Positions 41,920-51,469 are shown, counted from the first letter of the stretch. The stretch is DNA of 64,000 nt from Dehalococcoidia bacterium (GCA_965197405.1 OZ240206.1:3275096-3339095), one strand, 5' to 3'. Notes: generated by a model not told the origin, from the letters alone. Translations and numbers: made by a program.

Positions 41920-44900
41920 TTAGCTTGCTAGTAGACCTTCAAAGAAGAGGTCAATGAGGTCGAGCACCTGCTCGCGGGTGATGCTGGCGTCAGGGGCGAA
42001 GAAGTCGTCAATGGCGTCCAGCACCTCTTCCCTGTCTATCTTGTCGTTCTTGTTGTTGTCGTAGAGGTCCTTCACGGTCTCCGGCTCCGGTTCGTCGGTG
42101 ACGGTGATGGTGACATCAATGGAGTCGCTCGCCCTATCTGGGTCTGTGGCCGTGACCGTCACCATATAGGTGGGCTTGGTCTCGTAGTCCAACGCCACGG
42201 CGGTCATCAGTTGGCCGGTCTCATCGTCTATGGCGAAGTCAGCCCCATCCGTCCCGCCGAGGGTGTAGGTCAGGGTATCGCCCGTGTCGGCGTCGGCGGC
42301 CGCTACCGGTGCGCCGATGTCCATGCCCGCCGCCGTGTTCTCGGCGATATCGCGGGCGCCAAGTTCGGTAGACGGGAAGGCAGGCGCGTCATTCACGTCG
42401 GTGACGTTGATGGTCACGTCGATGGAGTCGGTGCCGCCGTTGCCGTCGTTGGCGTTCACCGTGACCATGTAGGTCATCTTGGTCTCGTAATCCAGGGCCG
42501 CCTTCGTCCTCAGCTGGCCGGTCGTGCTGTCTATGGCGAAGGAAGCCGCGCCAGTGCCGCTAAGGGTGTAGGTCAGGGTGTCGGCGTCGTCGGCGTCCGT
42601 GGCAGCTATGGCTGCGCCGATGAGTCTACCTGCTGGCTGGTTCTCGACTATACTGCGGGTCGCCGTCTCAGCAGGGAACATGGGCATGTTCTCGTTCACG
42701 TTGGTGACCATGACGGTGACGGTAAGGGAGCCACTCTCCTCATCTGGGTCTGTAGCTGTAACCATGACCGTGTAGGTCGCCTTGGCCTCGTAGTCGGGGG
42801 GACTGTTGAACATGAGCACGCCGCCTTCGATGGTGAAATCGCCCATGTCGGCTCCCGACAGGCTCCAGGTAATCATGTCGTTCTCAGGGTCGGTGGCCGT
42901 GTAGGTGGCCACAGGGCCCGTGCCGTTCTCCTCGTAATCTGGTGTGGCGTCTCCGCTCACCATTGGCGCTTCGTTCACGCCGGTGACGGTTATGGTCAGG
43001 TCGATGGTGGCCATTTCGCCGCCGCCGGTAGCCTTCACCGTGACCATGTAAACGTTGTCGGTGTTGGCGTCCGCCGGGGCCTCAAAGTTGGGCGGGCTAC
43101 TGAACTCGAGCGTCCCGCCTGTGATGTTGAAGGCCCCCCCGTCGTCGCCCTCCACGGACCAAGTGGCCGTGTCTGGACCGGTCGTGGTGTAAGTGGCCAC
43201 GGGGCCCGTGCCGTTCTCCATGTAATCGTCGGGGCTGGCCGGGCCGGAGATCGTACCGAGTTCGGGCACGTCGGTGACGGTTATGGTCACGTCGATGGTG
43301 TCCGTTTCGCCGCCGCCGGTAGCCTTCACCGTGACCATGTACTCGTTGTCGGTGTTGGCGTCCGCCGGGTCCTCGAAGTTGGGCGGGCTACTGAACTCGA
43401 GCATCCCGCCGCTGCTGATGCTGAAGGCACGTCTGTCGTCGCCCTCCACGGACCAAGTGGCCGTGTCTGGACCGGTCGTGGTGTAGGTGGCCACGGGGCC
43501 CGTGCCGTTCTCCATGTAATCGTCGGGGCTGGCCGTGCCGGAGATCGTACCGAGTTCGGGCACGTCGGTCACTTCCACCGTTACATCGAGGGTGCCGATA
43601 TCTTCGGAGTCGCTGGGGGTCGTGACCTTCAGGGTTACCTCGTAGGTGTTGGAGTTGTCATTCTCGCCGCCCATTGGGTTCTCGTAGTCGGGGGCGGTCT
43701 TGAACTTGAGCGTCCGGCCCGCGTCCGTGCGTTCGAGCTTGAAGTGGCCGGCGTCGGGGCCTTCCAGGTTCCCCCACACTGCCGTGTCTTCGTTGTCGCC
43801 GGAAACGGTGTAGGTGCCCACGGTGGTGTCTTCCTGGTTCTCGGCGTAATCGGAGACTCTGGTGGCGTCACCAGATATGGACAGGTTCGCCACCGGTATT
43901 GGCGTCTCGTTTACGTCGTTGACGCGTATGTTGGCGTCTATACCGTCCGAGTTGCCCATTGGCATGGCGGAGTCGGTAGCCGTAACTCGCAGCCCTTCGA
44001 TTATCCGGTGTTGCCCGCCGTCGGGGCCCATTTCCTCCAACTCATCCAGGGCCTCATAGTTCAACCTGCTCCGGGTCAGAATCTCGCCGGAGGACGGGAC
44101 TATCTGGAACAGATTGTCGTAGGTCCCGGCATCGAGGGTATAGGTCAGCTTCTTGCCGTCGGCGCTGCCCGTGTCCTCGGGGTCCGTTGCCGTCACCGTG
44201 CCAAGGACGCTCCTGTTTATCGAGATACTTGGCAGGGTGTCGTCGCTGTTCTCAGCTATCAGCCGTGTGGAGGCGTCATCGGCGAAGCTGGGGGCTTCGT
44301 CCACGTCGTCCACCCTGATCCATATCACTCTGTCGTTCTTTTCGTCGTCTTCTGGATTGGGGTGATTGACCCCGCCGTGGGACCTCAGGTTGGCGAAGGC
44401 AACCCTCACCACGATCTTGTAGATGTTGTCGCCCTCTTCGTCGCCTGTGCCCCTGTCTTTCGGGTCCTCAAAGTTGGGCGCGTCGTGATCTTCGCCGGTG
44501 CCGATGGCGAACAGGAGCGTGGTATCGGATGTGTTGAACCGGGAGAACCGGAAATTGTCACACAGACCTTCGTTGGTCGCATCATAGTGACAGTCGATGC
44601 TTCCAGGGTTGTTCCTGTTGTGCGAATCAGGGGAGGTCTGTAGTTCCAAGCCCGGAGTAGCATCGGTTGTCAAAAGGGACCACTTCAAGCCGCCCAGGTT
44701 CGTTTTCTGCGTGTAGCTGTTATAGAGGGCGGCTATCTCCTTTGTGTTCTCATCGACCCGTATGCGTTGCTCCACCCCCTCTATCTCCGGCACGTCGAGC
44801 ACTTCAATGGTCACGGTAACCGTGTCCATCCGGCCGGCTGGGTCAGTGGCCGTGACCATAACCGTGTAGGTGCTCTTGGTCTCGAAGTCCAGTGCCATCT

Positions 44901-47409
44901 TCGTGCTGATCAAACCGCGCTGGCCTGCCGGAGTAGCAGCGTTCTGGATCGAGAAGTACTTGTTGGCGTCAGCCCCGCTCAGATCGAACTGCAAATTGGC
45001 AGTGTCGTTAGTGACGTGTTCGTCAGCGCGCGGGTCGGCCTCCCGGTCTGCCCGTTCTTCCAAAAAGCCGTCAAAGACGTTCAATCTGCCGGTGGAGACA
45101 ACCTGATGCCCGACAGTGGCGGTATCGGTGTCAGTCCGAGCCTCAAGCTCCGTCTTCGTGAGTTGTATGGTTTGGTTTTCCAGTACGTACCTTGTGTAGC
45201 TCGTGACTTCGTCCTCTGCCTTACGGTTGGCAATGAGGGTCACGTCAGCAACGTCATCCGAGTAGAACTTGGGAGGCGTATTTAGGCCGCTCTCATCCAC
45301 GAGAGGGGTTGTTGTGTCGTCAGGATCAACATCATTGGCCCGCACTTCAACTGGCGTAACACCTGACAGTGGATACGTAGCCGTTTCAGCGTTGCCGCCG
45401 CCGTCCGTGTACCTCGCGGTGACGGCCAGCACACCAGCCTCTCCGGTTGCCGGGGTGTAGGTGGAAGTATCGCCCGAAGATTTGACGGTGTCTGCCGCAA
45501 CCGTATTGCCATCCACCGTCCATGTCCAAGTGATTAATGTCGGTATGTCGTCCTGGTCTTTCAGGGTGGCCGTGATCGGCGTGCCAACCTGGGCCTGTAC
45601 ATGCGACAGGGTGATCGTCCCTTCGTCATTCGAGTCGGCCACCCGGATGGTGACGTCTCTCCGCCCTATCTCCCAGTCCTCGTCCCAGGCGACCACCGTG
45701 ATTTCGTAGACGTTGTCCCCCGGGGTCCCGCCTTTATCTGCCGCATTCTCGAGGTCAGGCGCGCTCTTGAATCGGAGCACCGGGGACGCTGCCATAGCAG
45801 GCGTAGTAACCGTCGGGGGTGGCCCGGTGTCGACTACTGCGCCGTCTACATCAGCCGAGTTTGTGTAAGCACTTTCCGACCCTACAAACTGGAACTTGCT
45901 GGCATCGTCGCCAGTGATCTGCCACTCGATATCTCTATCTGCGGCGTTCAAAGTTCCGTCGTCGTCCAGGTCGTTGTCGGTTGCCATGTAGGTAGCCTGG
46001 TTGTCTGCTGTAACGTCAGCAGGGGAAGGGTGAGCAGGGCTAGGTGGCTCAGCGTCGCTTTGGGTAGGGTCTCTAAACAGAAGAAGGTGGCTTGTGCCAT
46101 CAGAGTCTTGATTCTCGAAGTAGGTCAACGCGGCCGGGCCCATTACCTGTGGGGCTTCGACCTCGTCAAGCACGTGGATGGTCACGATGGCCCGGCCAAT
46201 TTCACCGGACGGGTCCGTGGCATTGGCCGTAACTTCCAACTGAATGCCGTTGGCCGGATCGTCGTCTCGGTCGGCGAGACCACTTTCCTTGTTCAGTGGA
46301 GACTTGGTCATAATCTGGCCGGTTATCTGGTCGATGGAGAAGAGTCCATCGTCTAGAGTGTCGCCATCCCCGGTAGTATCTGCAACGCCGTCACCCAGCG
46401 AGTAGGTCAGCACGTCGCGGGGGCCGCCGGGGTCGCTGGCGTGGTTCCATGCCAGATGGTCGTTGTCGGTGGCGAACACCGGCGGGCCGACCTTCATTCC
46501 AGGCGGGGTGTTCTCCTCTATCCGCCTGCTGGTTTGCATGCCGTCCTCAGTAGGGTCCTCGTCCTCGTCCCGGAACATGGGAGCAACGTTCGCGGCAGGC
46601 GCGGCCCGCACGGCGAATTTGGACTCTAGAGACACCCCGATATAGTCTGTCCCGTGCGAGTCCTGGTACTGCGCAGTGGCCCGCAGTTTCTTCCCCACGT
46701 CACCGGCTCGCGGCGTGTAGGCGGCATTCACTGCCAAGTCAATTTCTTCAAAGACGCCAGAGCCAGTGTCGGTCTCCACCTCCCATTGCCAGTCGGGGGT
46801 GCGGAGTCCTCTGATGTCACCGTCAGCCAACGTAGCCGTAAGCGTCTCCCCGACCTCGGGCTGGCGGTTTGAGAAAGTTACGGTCCCTGGCTCTTCCTTG
46901 CCTCTGACCTGGACCGTTATCTGCACACGCAAAAACTTCTCGCCGTCTCCGACTTTCGCCATTACCTTGTAGACGTTCATATCTGCAAGGCTTCCAGTGT
47001 TAACCGACGACCGCGGATTCTCGTAGTCGGGCGGACTCTTGAAAGTCAACACGGCCGAATCCCGGTCGATGCTGAAGTGGCCATAGTCGGGGAAAGCGGT
47101 CAAATCGGCCGCGCTGCCGGCCGGGTCGTTCTCGTCGACGACCAATTCCCAGACCTTTACGACCTGAGTGAAGTCCTTCTCTAGCGCTGACAGTTTGGCC
47201 ACCTGGCCTATGCCATGCTCTACGAATTCGTAGTAGCAAACCGCTTTCCTGTCGTCAGCAGTCGTGCCCACTGTTTGGCATCCCTCGGTCTGCGTCTGCG
47301 CCCCGACGGGCCGGATGGCCAAGAACGCCGCCACGAGAGCCAGCAGCGTCACCAAGATGATTCCCTTGTATGCCATGCTTCCGTATCTAGTTGCCATTAT
47401 GTCGTACAC
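41920..47409 (-). CDS. Giant cadherin-repeat surface protein (1829 aa) with a C-terminal EF-hand/dockerin-like module
   Basis: It contains many ~100-aa units ending in cadherin-type DxNDxxP/DVNExP junctions (VTDVNDAPAFP, VTGVNEAPMV, VTNVNENMPMFP, VNDVNETPIP). The signal-like N-terminus is MAYKGIILVTLLALVAAFLAIRPVGAQ, so the start may be 47376. The C-terminus reads DLYDNNKNDKIDREEVLDAIDDFF. Confidence 0.85.
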   Translation of the reverse strand: MYDIMATRYGSMAYKGIILVTLLALVAAFLAIRPVGAQTQTEGCQTVGTTADDRKAVCYYEFVEHGIGQVAKLSALEKDFTQVVKVWELVVDENDPAGSAADLTAFPDYGHFSIDRDSAVLTFKSPPDYENPRSSVNTGSLADMNVYKVMAKVGDGEKFLRVQITVQVRGKEEPGTVTFSNRQPEVGETLTATLADGDIRGLRTPDWQWEVETDTGSGVFEEIDLAVNAAYTPRAGDVGKKLRATAQYQDSHGTDYIGVSLESKFAVRAAPAANVAPMFRDEDEDPTEDGMQTSRRIEENTPPGMKVGPPVFATDNDHLAWNHASDPGGPRDVLTYSLGDGVADTTGDGDTLDDGLFSIDQITGQIMTKSPLNKESGLADRDDDPANGIQLEVTANATDPSGEIGRAIVTIHVLDEVEAPQVMGPAALTYFENQDSDGTSHLLLFRDPTQSDAEPPSPAHPSPADVTADNQATYMATDNDLDDDGTLNAADRDIEWQITGDDASKFQFVGSESAYTNSADVDGAVVDTGPPPTVTTPAMAASPVLRFKSAPDLENAADKGGTPGDNVYEITVVAWDEDWEIGRRDVTIRVADSNDEGTITLSHVQAQVGTPITATLKDQDDIPTLITWTWTVDGNTVAADTVKSSGDTSTYTPATGEAGVLAVTARYTDGGGNAETATYPLSGVTPVEVRANDVDPDDTTTPLVDESGLNTPPKFYSDDVADVTLIANRKAEDEVTSYTRYVLENQTIQLTKTELEARTDTDTATVGHQVVSTGRLNVFDGFLEERADREADPRADEHVTNDTANLQFDLSGADANKYFSIQNAATPAGQRGLISTKMALDFETKSTYTVMVTATDPAGRMDTVTVTIEVLDVPEIEGVEQRIRVDENTKEIAALYNSYTQKTNLGGLKWSLLTTDATPGLELQTSPDSHNRNNPGSIDCHYDATNEGLCDNFRFSRFNTSDTTLLFAIGTGEDHDAPNFEDPKDRGTGDEEGDNIYKIVVRVAFANLRSHGGVNHPNPEDDEKNDRVIWIRVDDVDEAPSFADDASTRLIAENSDDTLPSISINRSVLGTVTATDPEDTGSADGKKLTYTLDAGTYDNLFQIVPSSGEILTRSRLNYEALDELEEMGPDGGQHRIIEGLRVTATDSAMPMGNSDGIDANIRVNDVNETPIPVANLSISGDATRVSDYAENQEDTTVGTYTVSGDNEDTAVWGNLEGPDAGHFKLERTDAGRTLKFKTAPDYENPMGGENDNSNTYEVTLKVTTPSDSEDIGTLDVTVEVTDVPELGTISGTASPDDYMENGTGPVATYTTTGPDTATWSVEGDDRRAFSISSGGMLEFSSPPNFEDPADANTDNEYMVTVKATGGGETDTIDVTITVTDVPELGTISGPASPDDYMENGTGPVATYTTTGPDTATWSVEGDDGGAFNITGGTLEFSSPPNFEAPADANTDNVYMVTVKATGGGEMATIDLTITVTGVNEAPMVSGDATPDYEENGTGPVATYTATDPENDMITWSLSGADMGDFTIEGGVLMFNSPPDYEAKATYTVMVTATDPDEESGSLTVTVMVTNVNENMPMFPAETATRSIVENQPAGRLIGAAIAATDADDADTLTYTLSGTGAASFAIDSTTGQLRTKAALDYETKMTYMVTVNANDGNGGTDSIDVTINVTDVNDAPAFPSTELGARDIAENTAAGMDIGAPVAAADADTGDTLTYTLGGTDGADFAIDDETGQLMTAVALDYETKPTYMVTVTATDPDRASDSIDVTITVTDEPEPETVKDLYDNNKNDKIDREEVLDAIDDFFAPDASITREQVLDLIDLFFEGLLAS

Positions 47410-47567
47410 TCCTTGCTACTATGTTTATCACAAACGGGTATAACCGCAGGGCCACCCCTGCCTATCCGCTCTCGTCGAGGACAGGCAGGGGGGCTGCGGC
47501 CATAGCAGAGGAGGTGAGAGTATTCCTTGAAATGTCCCCTGGTCAAATTACCTCACTCATTACTACG

Positions 47568-47870
47568 CTAGAATGCCCGCCCACACCACTTCACCTCTCC
47601 GAAGATGATCATGTGCTCCTCCAGGGGGAACGCTTTATGGGTCGGGTTGTCGCTCAGGAACCACCACCGTCTACAGTATTTGGCCCGCTTCACCAGCATC
47701 CGGTGCCTGTCCTGTAGCACGAGAATGTGGTCACCAAGCAGCGATGACCGGCCGTAGTCCACCAGGATGGCGTCGCCCCCCTCAAGAGTGGGTGACATCG
47801 AGTCTTCCATCACCCGGAGCACAGCGGCGTTTTCGTCGTCAATGTGCTCCCGATCCATCGTATCATCCAC
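47568..47870 (-). CDS. Stand-alone S24 (LexA/UmuD-type) peptidase domain protein
   Basis: VMEDSMSPTLEGGDAILVD carries the GDSM-type Ser. ...MLVKRAKY carries the Lys. ...LSDNP..., ...IIFGEVKW. No HTH lies in frame upstream, since there is a stop at 47898. The start is GTG 47870 or ATG 47858. Confidence 0.65.
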   Translation of the reverse strand: MDDTMDREHIDDENAAVLRVMEDSMSPTLEGGDAILVDYGRSSLLGDHILVLQDRHRMLVKRAKYCRRWWFLSDNPTHKAFPLEEHMIIFGEVKWCGRAF

Positions 47871-48571
47871 TATGAAACTACAAACCTCGATTGCTTGTCA
47901 AGGGGGCGAAGCAACCTACTGCGCCGGGGTTGTGGCGCTTCCCGCAGGAGGGCCTGGGCCTTCAGGCGATCACCTTTCCGAGCCGCGCGCCCGGTAAGAG
48001 TCAGGACAGGCTCGCCCACATCCGAGGGCGCGGCCCACACCACCGCGGTCTGTCCGTCTTCGGGGTATGCCAGCCCCTGAAAGTCGGGGGGGGGGTAAGC
48101 GGGGCGCGGGAGGCCCCCGGCGGGGCGGGAAGCGCCCGCGCCCACAAGCGTCAATGGGAGATAAACAGGGTTGAACACGGTGTTGCGGTTACCCCTCGGT
48201 TCTATGATTACGCGCCCGCCGTCAGTGATTTCCACGTACAGGCTATGGCTGTCCATCAGGTCCATGCCCAGCAGGGGTACGACGCCCACTGCGTCAATGT
48301 CAATGTATCGTGGCCGACCGTCCCAGACCACTGTGGCGCCGTGGACGTTGAAGGCCACCACCGTACCGTCAGCCAGAGCCGACCGGCTGCGGATCACAAA
48401 GGGCAACTCCAACTCAGCCACCAGCTCCGGCGGCAAGGCGAGATTGCCGCTGTACCCGGTGTCTATCACGGCTTCTATCTCCCGCTCCCGGTCCTCCGGA
48501 CCTCGTACCGGAAGGCTCACTACCGCTTCAAGAAAGCCGTTCACCACACCCTCGATCACTTGGATCTCCAC
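47870..48571 (-). CDS. Retropepsin-like (clan AA) aspartic protease with a ~100-aa low-complexity C-terminal extension
   Basis: EIEAVIDTGYSGNLALP contains the D-T-G active-site motif in a ~125-aa domain (...LLGMDLM...LYVEITDGGRVIIEP). The tail is P/A/R-rich. Confidence 0.65.
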   Translation of the reverse strand: MEIQVIEGVVNGFLEAVVSLPVRGPEDREREIEAVIDTGYSGNLALPPELVAELELPFVIRSRSALADGTVVAFNVHGATVVWDGRPRYIDIDAVGVVPLLGMDLMDSHSLYVEITDGGRVIIEPRGNRNTVFNPVYLPLTLVGAGASRPAGGLPRPAYPPPDFQGLAYPEDGQTAVVWAAPSDVGEPVLTLTGRAARKGDRLKAQALLREAPQPRRSRLLRPLDKQSRFVVS

Positions 48572-48828
48572 AGGGAACTGTCCCCGAAGGTGCGCAACGT
48601 CGGATGCCCCACCCGCACCAACCAGGCATCGGCGTCCGGGCGTCGGGCACGCAGACGCTCCGCTGCGGCAAGGACGCTACCGGCGATGGCGTAGTCCCCG
48701 CTGTCCACGTCGATGGCGACGTACTCGCCATGATGGTCCGCCTCAACAAGATGGCGGATGTCCCTATCGTATACCTCGTCGCCGAGGCGACCCGTCTCCT
48801 CGGCAGGCCGGCGGACTGGCGTTGCCAT
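48556..48828 (-). CDS. Small DUF5678-like protein, the usual partner of such aspartic proteases
   Basis: HHGEYVAIDVDSGDYAIAGSVLAAAERLRA resembles the GkWVAI..dg..v..g.s..ea pattern. It overlaps the protease start by 16 nt. Confidence 0.45.
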   Translation of the reverse strand: MATPVRRPAEETGRLGDEVYDRDIRHLVEADHHGEYVAIDVDSGDYAIAGSVLAAAERLRARRPDADAWLVRVGHPTLRTFGDSSLWRSK

Positions 48829-48865
48829 CTCTTCGACCCCTTTCGCAGGGCATTGTTCCTACCGA

Positions 48866-48892
48866 TGCGATTCTACCATATTGCGGTGGTTT
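48866..48892 (-). other. att-like site resembling the rec1 3'-end core
   Basis: The reverse complement ACCACCGCAATATGGTAGAATCGCATC matches rec1 7304-7330 CCACCGCTTACGGTAGATACCGCCATC, about 18 of 25 positions with one gap. It is intergenic and lies directly left of the AT-rich island. Confidence 0.4.
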
Positions 48893-48903
48893 TAGACAAA
48901 AAA

Positions 48904-49058
48904 GGGGTGCACACCAGGGCAATCGCATATAAAGTAAATTCGTAATTAAGGACCTCCAGAATTACCATGTTGGATGTATATTATACTCGTATTTAGGTTG
49001 ATTTATGGGCAGCATTGACTTATTTTAGGCTATGATGCGATCACCCTGGGGTGCACAC
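48904..49058. repeat. AT-rich 106-bp core bracketed by ~24-bp imperfect inverted repeats
   Basis: GGGGTGCACACCAGGGCAATCGCAT (48904-48928) pairs with ATGCGATCACCCTGGGGTGCACAC (49035-49058), matching at 20 of 24 positions. The core is the most AT-rich stretch of the window. Confidence 0.6.
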
Positions 49059-49241
49059 GGGTCTTTTCATTTTCTGTAAAACCGCACATCGTCATTCCGG
49101 CCTGTCTGCGGCAGGCAGGGAATCCAGTGGGAGCCCAAGCTGTAGATTCCCACTTTCGTGGGAATGACGGGTGTGGACATTAGACACTTTTCACGGACCT
49201 GCCTCACCATCAGGCAGGGTTGAGCGACTTTGAAAAGACCC
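49059..49241. mobile_element. MITE-like element (183 bp) with 11-bp terminal inverted repeats and a 13-bp flanking direct repeat
   Basis: GGGTCTTTTCA (49059-49069) pairs with TGAAAAGACCC (49231-49241). The flanks are CCTGGGGTGCACAC and CCTGGGGGTGCACAC. The interior has GTCATTCCGGC..GGGAATCCAG (49091-49126) and the inverted ATTCCCAC..GGGAATGAC (49147-49167). Confidence 0.65.
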
Positions 49242-49309
49242 TGGGGGTGCACACATGGCCTGGCGGTCCGGGCCGAAAAGCAAGAAAGGCGACATATATG
49301 AACGAGCCT

Positions 49310-49341
49310 GGGGAGGCCGCCGCTGCGTTGGCGGCCTCCCC
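49310..49341 (-). terminator. Hairpin downstream of the second 4xHTH gene
   Basis: GGGGAGGCCGCC-gctgcgtt-GGCGGCCTCCCC lies 77 nt beyond the stop. On the minus strand it is followed by a T-containing tract (...CGCCTTTCTTGCTTTTCGG). Similar GGGAGGCC hairpins lie at 21800-21841 and 25243-25279. Confidence 0.5.
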
Positions 49342-49417
49342 TTCTCCAGTGCGGTCCAGCGACCCGTGTCGACCACCTTCGTTTCCCGCTCCAAGCAGAG
49401 CGCCCATTAGAAAAGGA

Positions 49418-50539
49418 CTAAGCTGCCGTCGCCTCCGGCTGCTTCAGCATGGCGGAGTAGCCCCGCTCGACGACGTGGGTCACTGACAACCGGCCCGCGC
49501 CGTCGTATCCGGCACGGTAGGCGTACTCCGCCTTAGCGCCCCATGGCACCCGGCCGCCGACCCGAATGGAGCCGCCGCCGTCCTTACTGCCACGCCCAGG
49601 CCCACCGGCGCCGCGCACCACCATCCCGCTCCGCTCGCCCTTCCGCCAACCCAGCACCTTCACCTCGGCGGGCATGACCCGCTCCTCCGCCTTCGGCCGC
49701 TGGAACAGGACCCGGTGCAGCTTCTTCAGAACCCCCGGCGACGGATTGTTCCTGCCGGTCATGATCCTCGAAAGATGCCCGGAGCTGACGCCGGCACGAC
49801 GGGCAACCTCGTTCTGACTGAGCCTGTGAGCATCCATCCGACCCCACACGGCTTCACGATCAACGCCGGTGCGCCTCGCAGGGGCAACCTTCGCCGGAGC
49901 CTCCAGCACCGACGCGACCCGCGCCCGGACCTTCACGCCCATGTTCCGGTGACCGCGCGACACCTGGGTCATGTAGCCGTAGGACACCCCCACCCGGTCG
50001 GCCAGGTCCTGCATGCTCATACCTTGCTCACGAGCACGCTCCCGGATGTAGCTGCTCTCCCCGCTCACCACGCATCCCTGACGGTTGGCGCACTGTGCGG
50101 GGGCGATCTTCGCCGGAGCCTTTAGCGCCGACTCAACCCTGGCCTGTACCTTCACGCCCATGTGCCTGCGGCCCCGAGATACGTCCGACATGTAGCCGTA
50201 GGACACGCCTGCGCGGTCGGCCAGGTCCTTCATGGTCATGCCCAGGGTGCGGGCGCGCTCCCTGATGAAGCTGCTCTCCCCGGTCACCACGCCGCCCTGG
50301 CGGTAGACGGTCCCCTGGCCGGGGACCTCTCCCAAGACCGCCGCGACCTTCTCCCGCATCTTCGGCGTCCACGGCCTGCTCCCGTTCGCAATCTGCGAAA
50401 GGTAGCCAGCGGACACGCCCATCAGCGCCGCAAGCTCCTTCATGGTGAGCCCGCGCCGCCTGGCCGCGGCCCTGAGCTCGCTCTCAGCTCCCGCCGTCTC
50501 CTTGGTCCGATTGGTCTGTGCCGTCGTTGCCGTCGTCAT
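49418..50539 (-). CDS. Protein with four tandem XRE-type HTH domains (paralogue of 27041..28153)
   Basis: The four units are MKELAALMGVSAGYLSQIANG, MKDLADRAGVSYGYMSDVSRG, MQDLADRVGVSYGYMTQVSRG and SQNEVARRAGVSSGHLSRIMTG. The C-terminal 90 aa are nearly identical to the paralogue. AGGAGG lies upstream. Confidence 0.85.
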   Translation of the reverse strand: MTTATTAQTNRTKETAGAESELRAAARRRGLTMKELAALMGVSAGYLSQIANGSRPWTPKMREKVAAVLGEVPGQGTVYRQGGVVTGESSFIRERARTLGMTMKDLADRAGVSYGYMSDVSRGRRHMGVKVQARVESALKAPAKIAPAQCANRQGCVVSGESSYIRERAREQGMSMQDLADRVGVSYGYMTQVSRGHRNMGVKVRARVASVLEAPAKVAPARRTGVDREAVWGRMDAHRLSQNEVARRAGVSSGHLSRIMTGRNNPSPGVLKKLHRVLFQRPKAEERVMPAEVKVLGWRKGERSGMVVRGAGGPGRGSKDGGGSIRVGGRVPWGAKAEYAYRAGYDGAGRLSVTHVVERGYSAMLKQPEATAA

Positions 50540-50992
50540 GTCGCTTCCTCCTTGTAATGAAGAAGCGGGACCGCCCCCCTGTGGGAGACAGTCCCGCTCG
50601 GTATCGCGTCCCGGTGGCCGGGACTGCCTCCGTGAGTGGCGTTGTGGCCGTGTCGCACGGCCGGTTGCGGCGTACCCATAGGGGACGCCGTGTGCAAGGC
50701 AAGTCCCCTGAGTCAGATCAAGGGCAAGCCTCGTCTCGCATCGAGCACAGGTCTTCTCCGTTGAAGAGGGTCGGGAGAGGACCCATGCGATGGCTGTGGA
50801 GTTGGGAAAAGGGGGATGGAGGCCCGCAGGGAGTGCGGGCTGAGGGAGTGGGGAGGGCCGGAGACCCTCGATAGAGGCTGCTACCGGGCGGCTCGCTCCG
50901 CCCGTTCAAGCAGGCGCAGCCCAGGTCCCTGCGAGTCGCAGAGGCCCGGGGAGGACGTGCGTTTCAGTTCGGGATTGCGCCGAGAGTGCGAG

Positions 50993-51469
50993 TCAAGCCT
51001 TCACCAAGGGCCTCAGCCCCCGCAGGCTGCGCCGGGAGACCAGCTTGCCGGTCTTCCAGCGCAGCCCAAGGACCGCCGCGACCTCAAGGGTCCCGCCGTC
51101 GCTCGTGGGAACCAGCGCGGCGGCCCGGCCCACGTCCTGGCTGTAGAGCATCACGTCGCGCCCCCCGAAGCGCCGCCTCACCAGGTCCGTCCACTCGGCG
51201 TAGGCCCACCGAGCCTGATGCGGCTCAGCCTTCGTCGTGTCCATGCCGGCGAGTACCGCCAGAGCTGCGTCAACGTCCCCGGCCTGCCTGAGCCGCCGCG
51301 CCTCGTGAACGCTCTTGGCCACGCTCGGTGTCTCCGTCGCCAGTGCCGTCTCCGGCTGCTCCGAGAACAGCGCCGCCATCACCCGGTCCACCAGCTCTTC
51401 GAGGCTGCGCCGGGGCTTTCCCACCGTCGCCATCGTCCGATTGCCAGTTGCCAATGTTGCTGTTGTCAT
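50993..51469 (-). CDS. Hypothetical protein sharing the MTTAT... N-terminus and 5' leader of the 4xHTH genes
   Basis: The protein begins MTTATLATGNRTMATVGKPRR.... AGGAGG lies 6 nt upstream of the second ATG. The leader hairpins (51507-51558) match 28197-28247. No domain was recognised. Confidence 0.5.
   Translation of the reverse strand: MTTATLATGNRTMATVGKPRRSLEELVDRVMAALFSEQPETALATETPSVAKSVHEARRLRQAGDVDAALAVLAGMDTTKAEPHQARWAYAEWTDLVRRRFGGRDVMLYSQDVGRAAALVPTSDGGTLEVAAVLGLRWKTGKLVSRRSLRGLRPLVKA

Noticed and set aside
10585-47409. A diversity-generating retroelement or retron acting on the C-type-lectin-like or repeat domains of the surface proteins.
   Set aside because: No reverse-transcriptase ORF and no template/variable repeat pair with adenine-specific differences could be seen anywhere in the window.
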